This document shows, piece after piece, positions 7,993-14,978 of a stretch of DNA of 24,000 nt (positions within the stretch are counted from its first letter, which is position 1; every line of letters begins with the position of its first letter). Both the position numbers and the translations under genes were made by a program. This stretch comes from Feifania hominis. GTDB lineage: Bacteria > Bacillota > Clostridia > Oscillospirales > Feifaniaceae. The notes beneath the pieces were generated by a model. It was not told where the DNA came from. It was given only the letters and a program-made list of their open reading frames with translations, and made no database searches. The stretch is from NCBI RefSeq assembly GCF_014384765.1, contig NZ_JACRSP010000001.1, positions 484,759 through 508,758 on the forward strand. The letters are read 5' to 3'.

Positions 7993-8954
7993 TGGCCTGC
8001 TACCTCGGAATTGACACCAGTAATTACACCACTTCCGTGGCGAGATACGACAGTGACAGCGGCCGGATGACCGGCCGGCGAAAGCTGCTGCCGGTCGAGG
8101 GAGAAAAGACAGGCTTGCGTCAAAACGAGGCTGTTTTTTTGCATAACCGGCAGCTGCCCGAGCTGCTGGAAGAACTGCTTTGCGACGGCGCCCGACCGGA
8201 CGCCGTCAGTGTGTCACGCGCCCCACGGGACTGTGAGGGTTCCTACATGCCCTGCTTTACCGTGGGTCACGGCTATGCGAGAGCACTCGCGGCCGCCTTG
8301 TGCGTGCCGCTCTTTGAGACGTCCCACCAGAAGGGGCATGTGCTAGCGGCGCTCTACGGCGCCGATTCGCTTGCGCTGCTGCGCGAGCCCTTTTTGGCCT
8401 TTCATGTCTCGGGCGGTACCACGGAGCTTCTGCATGTCACGCCGGATGGTGACGAACGAATCAAAATCAGTCTGCTCGGGGGGACGCTCGATCTCCCGGC
8501 GGGACAGGTCATCGACCGGCTGGGCGTTTCCATGGGCTTTTCTTTTCCCTGCGGTGCTCAGATGGAGCAGTACGCCATCGAGAATCCCGACGGGCAGACA
8601 CTCCGGCCGCTTGTCACATTGCGCGACGGTGGCTTTCATCTCTCGGGACTCGAGAACAAGGCGCACGAACATCTTGCGAGGGGCGCCGGGCGGACAGCAG
8701 TGATTCAATTTCTCTTCGACAGCATAGGAGAGAGTATCCGGGCTCTGACAAAACAGGCGCTCTCAGATATGGAGGTCAAAAAAGTCGTCTTCGCGGGCGG
8801 CGTCATGTCGAACGCGCGAATCAAGGCGCTGCTCGGCGGAGATTTACCGGCTGTTTTCACACCGAGCGCCTATGCCGCCGACAATGCGATGGGAGTGGCG
8901 CTCTGGGGCGCGCTCAACAGGGAGGAGCTATGCAAAACGAAAGTGCGGTTGTGA
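7992..8954 (+). CDS. TsaD/Kae1 (peptidase M22, ASKHA-fold) family protein, divergent
   Basis: It has LGIDTSNYTTSVA (ASKHA phosphate-1-like N-terminus), SHQKGH (an HxxxH metal motif as in the TsaD family) and a C-terminal FAGGVMSN. The start overlaps the nusB stop (TAATG). The exact function cannot be assigned from sequence alone. Confidence 0.5.
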   Translation: MACYLGIDTSNYTTSVARYDSDSGRMTGRRKLLPVEGEKTGLRQNEAVFLHNRQLPELLEELLCDGARPDAVSVSRAPRDCEGSYMPCFTVGHGYARALAAALCVPLFETSHQKGHVLAALYGADSLALLREPFLAFHVSGGTTELLHVTPDGDERIKISLLGGTLDLPAGQVIDRLGVSMGFSFPCGAQMEQYAIENPDGQTLRPLVTLRDGGFHLSGLENKAHEHLARGAGRTAVIQFLFDSIGESIRALTKQALSDMEVKKVVFAGGVMSNARIKALLGGDLPAVFTPSAYAADNAMGVALWGALNREELCKTKVRL

Positions 8955-10156
8955 GTGTCTCACAGCTCAACGCCTATATCAAAAACTTAATAGACCGCGA
9001 CGAGGCGCTGGGCGTGGTGCTCGTCAAGGGGGAGATCTCCAATTTTACCAACCACTATAAGACCGGTCACCTCTATTTGACGCTAAAAGACGAAAAGAGC
9101 CTGATTCGCGCAGTGATGTTCGCCGGCAATGCCTCCCGTCTCAAATTCAAACCGGAAAACGGGATGAAAGTCATTGCGGGCGGCCGGGTGGCGGTCTTTG
9201 AGCGCGACGGGCAGTATCAGCTCTACATCGCGGAGATGCAGCCCGACGGTGTCGGATCGCTTCATGTCGCATTTGAACAGCTCAAGGCGAAGCTTGAGGC
9301 CGAGGGGCTCTTCGATGAGCGCCGCAAGCGGCCTCTGCCGAAACTGCCGGTTCGTGTCGGTGTCATCACGGCGGCGACAGGAGCGGCCGTGCGGGATATT
9401 CTGAACATTTTAAGACGCCGCTATCCCCTCGCCGAGGTGTACATCTATCCGACCCTGGTACAGGGCGACGGCGCGCCGCCTCAACTCATTGAGGCGCTGG
9501 AATACTTCAACCGGACCGACCGGGTGGATGTGATCATCATGGGACGCGGAGGCGGCTCCATTGAGGATCTGTGGGCATTCAACAACGAGCAGGTCGCCCG
9601 GGCGGTGGCGGCGTCTCACATACCCGTGATCTCTGCCGTCGGCCATGAGACCGACTTTACCATCTGCGACTTTGTCGCGGATCGCAGGGCGCCGACCCCC
9701 TCGGCGGCGGCGGAGCTCTGCGTACCCGAGACGCAGGAGCTCAAGCAGAAGTTCAAAACACTCGCCGAGCGTATGGCGCTCTATGAGCGCCGCGCCATTG
9801 AGCGAAAGCGCCAGCGGGTGCGCTCTGTGATGCAGAGCAGAGCTTTTCGCTCGCCGCGCGCCGGCATTGACGACCGGCGCATGAATGTGATGCATCTGAC
9901 CAAGAGTCTGATTGCGGAGTTGAGAGTCATTCTCGGCGAGAAATCCAAGCAGTTTGTCGGCATCGCATCAAAGCTCGATGCACTCAGTCCGCTCGCCATT
10001 CTCACCCGCGGCTATGCCATTGTGCGAAGCGGCGGTCGGGTGCTGCGGTCGGTCGAGGACTTTGAGGAGAACGCAGAAGTCACCACCATCGTGTCAGACG
10101 GGCGGGTGAGATACCACATGACAGGTGTTGTCAAAGAGAAAGGAAGCACACTATGA
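8930..10156 (+). CDS. xseA: Exodeoxyribonuclease VII large subunit
   Basis: A 408-aa product with an N-terminal OB-fold region (VSVSQLNAYIKNLI...VKGEISNF), a catalytic core (GRGGGSIEDLWAFN, GHETDFT) and a C-terminal coiled region. It is followed by xseB. Confidence 0.9.
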   Translation: MQNESAVVSVSQLNAYIKNLIDRDEALGVVLVKGEISNFTNHYKTGHLYLTLKDEKSLIRAVMFAGNASRLKFKPENGMKVIAGGRVAVFERDGQYQLYIAEMQPDGVGSLHVAFEQLKAKLEAEGLFDERRKRPLPKLPVRVGVITAATGAAVRDILNILRRRYPLAEVYIYPTLVQGDGAPPQLIEALEYFNRTDRVDVIIMGRGGGSIEDLWAFNNEQVARAVAASHIPVISAVGHETDFTICDFVADRRAPTPSAAAELCVPETQELKQKFKTLAERMALYERRAIERKRQRVRSVMQSRAFRSPRAGIDDRRMNVMHLTKSLIAELRVILGEKSKQFVGIASKLDALSPLAILTRGYAIVRSGGRVLRSVEDFEENAEVTTIVSDGRVRYHMTGVVKEKGSTL

Positions 10157-10386
10157 GTAAGGAGTTGACCTTTGAGGCGGCCATCAACCGCCTGGAGGAG
10201 ATTTTAAAAAAGCTGGAGGCGGGCGACAGTCCGCTCGCCGAGTCTCTCGCCCTGTTTGAGGAGGGGGTCACCTTGACGAATTTTTGCAACAAGGCCCTCG
10301 ACGAGGCAGAGCAGAAAGTGGTACAGCTGACAAAAGATGAGACCGGGGAAGTTGTCGAGAGCGAATTTCCCGCGATGAAAGCCTGA
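10153..10386 (+). CDS. xseB: Exodeoxyribonuclease VII small subunit
   Basis: A 77-aa product containing LTFEAAINRLEEILKKLEAGDSPLAESLALFEEG, the XseB signature. It overlaps the xseA stop by 4 nt. Confidence 0.9.
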   Translation: MSKELTFEAAINRLEEILKKLEAGDSPLAESLALFEEGVTLTNFCNKALDEAEQKVVQLTKDETGEVVESEFPAMKA

Positions 10387-10394
10387 GGAAGTCT

Positions 10395-11282
10395 ATGAAT
10401 TTTGATCGGAGAATGCAGGCACATCTGGATCTAACCGAACATGCGCTTCGCGCCTATCTGCCCAAGGAGCGCCTTGCACAGCAGCGTATTGTCGAGGCGA
10501 TGGAGTATTCGCTTCTCGCCGGCGGCAAGCGGGTTCGTCCCGTGCTGATGCTGGAATTTTGCAGGGTGTCAGGCGGGGAGGAGCGGCTTGTGCTGCCGCT
10601 GGCGGCGGCACTTGAAATGATTCACACCTACTCGCTGATTCACGATGATCTGCCCTGCATGGACAACGACGATCTGCGCCGCGGGCGGCCCACCAGCCAC
10701 CGTGTTTTCGGAGAGGCCATGGCGACGCTTGCGGGCGACGCCCTGCTAAACTACGCCGCTGAGACGGCACTCGGCGCAGATGGGCCGGACTATCTCGACC
10801 CCGCGCTGCGGCTGCGCGCCGTATGCGAGCTCTTCGGCGCGGCCGGGGTCTATGGCATGATCGGCGGTCAGGTGCTTGACATGGAACGGGAAAACAGAGC
10901 TCTGTCGCTCGATCAGGTACTTGAGACCCACAGGCTCAAGACCGGCGCTCTGATCTGCGCCGCGGCACGAATCGGCGTGATCTGCGCCGGCGCAAGCGAC
11001 GAGCTGCTCGAGGCGGCAACCGAGTACGCACAGAAAATCGGGCTCGTGTTTCAAATTGTCGATGACGTGCTCGACTGCAGCGGCAGCGCCCAGCAGCTCG
11101 GCAAGCAGACCGGAAGCGACGCCAGAAGCGGGAAGACGACGTTTGTCACGCTGCTCGGGGAGCAGGGGGCAATGGAGCGCGCGAGAGAGCTGACCGACGA
11201 GGCAAAACAGGCGCTCGCCCCTTTTGACGACGCCTCTTTTCTCTGTGAGTTTGCGGATCGTCTGTTGGTACGCCAAAGATAA
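10395..11282 (+). CDS. ispA: Farnesyl/geranyl-diphosphate synthase (polyprenyl synthetase family)
   Basis: The first Asp-rich motif is LIHDDLPCMDNDDLRRGRPT and the second is FQIVDDVLD. Size (295 aa) and position after xseB are conserved. Confidence 0.9.
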   Translation: MNFDRRMQAHLDLTEHALRAYLPKERLAQQRIVEAMEYSLLAGGKRVRPVLMLEFCRVSGGEERLVLPLAAALEMIHTYSLIHDDLPCMDNDDLRRGRPTSHRVFGEAMATLAGDALLNYAAETALGADGPDYLDPALRLRAVCELFGAAGVYGMIGGQVLDMERENRALSLDQVLETHRLKTGALICAAARIGVICAGASDELLEAATEYAQKIGLVFQIVDDVLDCSGSAQQLGKQTGSDARSGKTTFVTLLGEQGAMERARELTDEAKQALAPFDDASFLCEFADRLLVRQR

Positions 11283-11294
11283 TGGAGGGCGATT

Positions 11295-11741
11295 GTGAGC
11301 AATATTGTCAAGGAACTGACAGGCAACTACATTTTGAACTGTGCGGTCATCACCTGGGCCATTGCACAGATTTTAAAGGTTTTTACCTATCTACTCGTAA
11401 CGAAAGAACTGAAGCTCAGCCGCCTGCTCGGCTCCGGCGGCATGCCGAGCTCCCACACGGCCTTTGTCGCAAGCGCGACCATCGCCGTCTACCGTGTTGA
11501 GGGAATACACTCCGTGGCGTTCGCCATCATGTTTGTCATTCTGATGGTTATCATCTCGGACGCGGTCGGCGTGCGCCGTCAGGCGGGGGAACACGCAAGG
11601 GTTCTCAATATCATCATGGAGAACTGGGAACAGTCCAAGAAAAAGCCCATTGACAAAAATCTCAAAGAGCTACTCGGCCACACGCCGTTTGAGGTCTTCG
11701 GCGGCTTTCTGCTCGCCATCATCATGGCTTTTTTCTACTGA
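11295..11741 (+). CDS. Divergent PAP2 / acid-phosphatase-related membrane protein (DUF212, YuiD-like)
   Basis: A 148-aa polytopic protein with GGMPSSHTA and SDAVGVRRQAGEH motifs characteristic of the DUF212 / divergent PAP2 family. GGAGGG lies 5 nt upstream of the GTG start. Confidence 0.75.
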   Translation: MSNIVKELTGNYILNCAVITWAIAQILKVFTYLLVTKELKLSRLLGSGGMPSSHTAFVASATIAVYRVEGIHSVAFAIMFVILMVIISDAVGVRRQAGEHARVLNIIMENWEQSKKKPIDKNLKELLGHTPFEVFGGFLLAIIMAFFY

Positions 11742-11754
11742 ACAAACCGCGATT

Positions 11755-11783
11755 TGAATATTGGCGCAGGATATGGTACAATA
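11755..11783 (+). promoter_or_regulatory. Near-consensus sigma-A promoter directly upstream of the large non-coding region
   Basis: TTGAAT (11755-11760), a 17-nt spacer, then TACAAT (11778-11783). The predicted transcription start is near 11790. Confidence 0.6.
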
Positions 11784-11789
11784 ATTTCT

Positions 11790-12436
11790 GTCGCGGTGTT
11801 TTGCCGCGGCGCACGCTGTTTGACAAAAACGGTGGCGCAGTATTCTAGTCAGTGCTATCAGACTCCAGGGCGGGCCTAAAAATCCGCTAAAGGGCACTTC
11901 GATGAAACTTCTTGTGCCTGCTTTTTACGCCCAGTTTAGGGTGGGTGCTGGAAGGTAGGTGGCCGGGCCCTCTGTAATGGCATATGGATGCGGACCCGTT
12001 CACCAGTGAGACCTGGTTGCGTGGGCTGCCCGGGGAACTTTTCCAAAAGGGACAGTCTACGGGCCAGGGTGAAACCTGTTTTGCGATGCTTTGGTGTTGT
12101 GGACAGAGTAGCCTGCCTTGAGTGGGTTTGGCGAATAGGGGATCAGGCCGTCGGCGCATGGCCGTGTGCCGGCCGCTATTGCCCTTTGAAACCAAGTCTG
12201 CAAAAGAGGATAAGGTCTGATGTGACTGTAGAGGAAAACTCCTAGACTGTTCGAGAGAGACATTGCAGGGATTGCAGTGCGGACTCAGTGGTCATCGAGT
12301 ACCGGTACCGGCGACGATACCGGCGTGAATGTAAAGGGGAACCGCCCTCATGGCGACAGGGGGTATTTCACGCAGGGAAATCCTACTCGACCTTAAGCCG
12401 CAAGATTTACCTGTCATGCCGCCACCGACTTTTTTT
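11790..12436 (+). ncRNA. ole: Large structured non-coding RNA, OLE (ornate, large, extremophilic) RNA class candidate; boundaries approximate
   Basis: A 727-nt gap (11742-12468) lies in an otherwise tightly packed operon and has no credible ORF or RBS. It has its own promoter. It contains many stable local helices (for example 11893-11920, 11959-12005, 12147-12175, 12262-12280, 12362-12383), a helix pairing 12351-12360 with 12410-12424, and a T-tract at 12430-12436. It is in the same orientation as its neighbours. The context ispA - RNA - small 4-TM protein - dxs - tlyA - nadK - argR - recN matches the published OLE/oapA locus. No covariance-model search was possible. Confidence 0.75.
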
Positions 12437-12477
12437 ATTTCTTACAGTGAGCTGAATTTGTATTTTGGGTGAGGAAT

Positions 12478-13092
12478 ATGCCTGACGACAGTCAGAAGAA
12501 ACAGGAATCTACCAGCAAGAGCAACCGGATCAAAACACCCGGTCAAATGAAAAAGAAAATGAATATCAAGTGGGTCATCACAACGATTACACTCACGTTT
12601 ACCCTTTCGGTGGTGTTCTATCTGATCTCCGATTCGGTTCTGCCGTTATTGAGTGTGGTCAGTTCGTTTGTTGTCCTGCTTGTTTTTATATTTATCGGTA
12701 TTTTTTTTGATTTGATCGGCACCGCCGTGCAGACGGCGGACGAGAGGCCCTTTCACTCGATGTCGGCGCGCAAAGTCGACGCGGCCCGTGAGGCGGTATC
12801 GCTGATTCGCAATGCCGAGAAAGTTGCAAACGTCTGCAATGATGTCATCGGGGACATCTCCGGCATCATCAGCGGTTCGACCGGCGCGATCATCATCTCC
12901 TTTCTCATCGCGTCCAATCCCGGTCTCAACAGCATCGTGGTCGGCACGGTTCTGACCTCCCTCGTCGCGGCGGTGACCGTCGGCGGCAAGGCTGTGGGCA
13001 AGACCATCGCCATCAACAATGCCAACACCATCATCTACGCGGTCGCGCGGGTGATTTCGCTGTTTAAAAAAATATTCAGAGTATCGAGGTAA
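12478..13092 (+). CDS. oapA: Small four-TM membrane protein, OLE-associated protein A (OapA)-like
   Basis: A Lys-rich N-terminal tail precedes four hydrophobic segments: WVITTITLTFTLSVVFYLI, VVSSFVVLLVFIFIGIFFDLIG, ISGIISGSTGAIIISFLIA and IVVGTVLTSLVAAVTVGG. It lies directly downstream of the RNA and directly upstream of dxs, as described for oapA. The start is ambiguous between GTG 12469 and ATG 12478. Confidence 0.65.
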   Translation: MPDDSQKKQESTSKSNRIKTPGQMKKKMNIKWVITTITLTFTLSVVFYLISDSVLPLLSVVSSFVVLLVFIFIGIFFDLIGTAVQTADERPFHSMSARKVDAAREAVSLIRNAEKVANVCNDVIGDISGIISGSTGAIIISFLIASNPGLNSIVVGTVLTSLVAAVTVGGKAVGKTIAINNANTIIYAVARVISLFKKIFRVSR

Positions 13093-13097
13093 GATCG

Positions 13098-14978
13098 TTG
13101 AATCATCCCACACTTGAGAGGATTGACAATGCGGATAAGATCAAAGCGGCGAGTCTGTCCGAACTCGATATGCTCGCGGCCGACATCCGCTCGTTTCTCA
13201 TTGAGCACATCTCAAAGACCGGGGGGCATCTCGCTTCAAACCTCGGTGTGGTCGAGCTGACCATCGCGCTTCACAATGTGCTGAATTTCCCGCAGGATCA
13301 GGTCGTTTTTGATGTGGGCCATCAGGCCTATACCCACAAAATTCTCACCGGGCGAAGAGATCGCTTTGATACGCTTCGCCAGTTTCAGGGGCTCTCGGGC
13401 TTCCCAAAACCCCATGAGAGCGACTGTGACGCCTTTGGCACCGGACACAGCAGCACTTCCATCTCTGCGGCAGTGGGGCTCGCCACGGCAAAAAAGCTCA
13501 GGGGGGAGGCCGGCCATGTCGTCGCCGTAATCGGTGACGGCGCCATGACGGGAGGGCTTGCCTACGAGGGACTCAACAACATCACGGAAGAGCTTGACAA
13601 TCTGATCATCGTACTCAACGACAATGAGCTCTCCATATCAAAAAACGTCGGGTCGCTCGCGGAGTATCTGGCAAAGCTGACGAGCAAGCCCGCCTATTTT
13701 CGCATCAAAGACGCGACAAAAAAAGTGGTGCTGCACATCCCGCTGATCGGCCGGGGGCTCTACCGCGTCATCCATGACACCAAGAGTGTTTTCAAGACAC
13801 TCCTGGTCGGCAGCAACTTCTTTGAGGATCTCGGCATCACCTACTTCGGTCCGATCGACGGCCATGACATCAAGGCGGTGTCAAAGGTGCTCGGGCGCGC
13901 CATGACCATCGGTAAGCCCGCGCTGATTCACCTCAAAACCGTCAAAGGCAAGGGGTATGTCTACGCGGAAAACGATCCGACGGCCTTTCACGGCATTGCC
14001 TCTTTTGATATGGACACCGGCGAACATCCGTCCAACTTGACGGACAGCTTTTCAAAGGTCTTTGGCGACAGCCTCTATGCTCTGGCGCAGCAGGATGAAC
14101 GCATCTGCGCGATCACGGCCGCCATGACCGAGGGCGTCTCTCTGTGCCGCTTCGCCGCGGCGATGCCGCAGCGTTTCTTCGATGTGGGCATTGCGGAGGG
14201 GCATGCCGTCACCTTTGCGGCGGGGCTTGCCAAGGCAGGCATGCGGCCCTGTTTTGCGGTCTATTCCTCTTTCTTGCAGCGCGCCTACGACGAGATCGTC
14301 CACGATGTGGCTCTGCAAAATCTACCCGTGACCTTTCTGGTGGACCGCGCGGGCATCGTCGGGGAGGACGGGGAGACCCACCAGGGGATTTTCGACGTGT
14401 CCTATCTCACGTCGATTCCCAATATGACGGTCTATTCTCCCTACACCTATACGCAGCTCAAGGCGCTGCTCGGTGAAATGGGGCGGTGTGAGGGCCCGAC
14501 AGCAATCCGTATCCCGCGCGGCGGGATGGAGGGGCGTTTTGCCGACTGCTATGAGATCGGTGACTATGCCGTATACGGCCGCGAAGACGCGTCGGCGGCT
14601 GTCGTGACTTACGGGCGTATGACCGCGCAGGCGCTCGACGCGTGCGAAGAGCTCGAAAAGAGTGGAATTCACACAAAAGTTATCTCACTGCTGAAAATCA
14701 AGCCCATTGATTTTGACGCGCTCTTCTGTGCGCTTGCGCACTGCCGCAAAGTGGTATTTCTGGAGGAATCGGAGCGCATCGGCGGCATTGCGCAGCAGCT
14801 GGCGGCGGAACTTCTCAGCCGCCGCTTTGCGGGCAGGTACACCATTCTGGCCCTGAATGACACCTACGTCGAGCAGGGAAAGCCGCAGCAGCTTTTGAGA
14901 GTTTATGGAATCAGCGCGCAGGACGTGGTGCGCGCCATAGCGGAGGAGGACGCCGGTGAGCGAGAAGAAGAGACTTGA
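13098..14978 (+). CDS. dxs: 1-deoxy-D-xylulose-5-phosphate synthase
   Basis: A 626-aa product with VGHQAYTHKILTGRR and the TPP-binding GDGAMTGGLAYEGLNN, plus transketolase-like middle and C-terminal domains. The TTG start has GAGGT 8 nt upstream. Confidence 0.95.
   Translation: MNHPTLERIDNADKIKAASLSELDMLAADIRSFLIEHISKTGGHLASNLGVVELTIALHNVLNFPQDQVVFDVGHQAYTHKILTGRRDRFDTLRQFQGLSGFPKPHESDCDAFGTGHSSTSISAAVGLATAKKLRGEAGHVVAVIGDGAMTGGLAYEGLNNITEELDNLIIVLNDNELSISKNVGSLAEYLAKLTSKPAYFRIKDATKKVVLHIPLIGRGLYRVIHDTKSVFKTLLVGSNFFEDLGITYFGPIDGHDIKAVSKVLGRAMTIGKPALIHLKTVKGKGYVYAENDPTAFHGIASFDMDTGEHPSNLTDSFSKVFGDSLYALAQQDERICAITAAMTEGVSLCRFAAAMPQRFFDVGIAEGHAVTFAAGLAKAGMRPCFAVYSSFLQRAYDEIVHDVALQNLPVTFLVDRAGIVGEDGETHQGIFDVSYLTSIPNMTVYSPYTYTQLKALLGEMGRCEGPTAIRIPRGGMEGRFADCYEIGDYAVYGREDASAAVVTYGRMTAQALDACEELEKSGIHTKVISLLKIKPIDFDALFCALAHCRKVVFLEESERIGGIAQQLAAELLSRRFAGRYTILALNDTYVEQGKPQQLLRVYGISAQDVVRAIAEEDAGEREEET

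Noticed and set aside
11821-11849. Second promoter-like element with a perfect TTGACA at 11821-11826
   Set aside because: The best -10 candidates (ttctag at 17-nt spacing, tattct at 15-nt spacing) are poor. It is kept only as a possibility in the expression-logic finding and is not listed as a feature.
11940-12150. Short resemblances to RNase P RNA (ggaaggtaggtggccggg vs GAGGAAAGUCCGGG; cagggtgaaacc vs AGGGUGAAA; ggcgaatagggg vs GGCCAAAUAGGGG; ggacagagtagcc vs ACAGAA..GGC)
   Set aside because: The universally conserved P4 strands (GAGGAAAGUCC and ACAGAAnnnGGCUUA) are not actually present. The region is about 250 nt longer than RNase P RNA, and the order of these resemblances does not match RNase P RNA. 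tmRNA was also rejected, since there is no tRNA-like GGUUCGA T-arm, no CCA end and no tag ORF.
11887-12263. ORFs of 68-102 aa inside the large intergenic region (11887-12195 -, 11988-12245 +, 12057-12263 -; also 11670-11897 -)
   Set aside because: They have no Shine-Dalgarno sequences. Their compositions are Arg/Pro/Cys/Trp-rich, typical of random frames in GC-rich DNA. They overlap each other on both strands and cut across strong RNA helices. The region is better explained as non-coding RNA.
12302-12325. Palindrome ccggtaccgg and direct repeat taccggcg x2 (12305-12312, 12318-12325) as a possible protein-binding site or repeat element
   Set aside because: These are very short and lie inside the structured RNA. 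They are most simply explained as alternative or adjacent helix strands of the RNA. There is no evidence for a DNA-level function.
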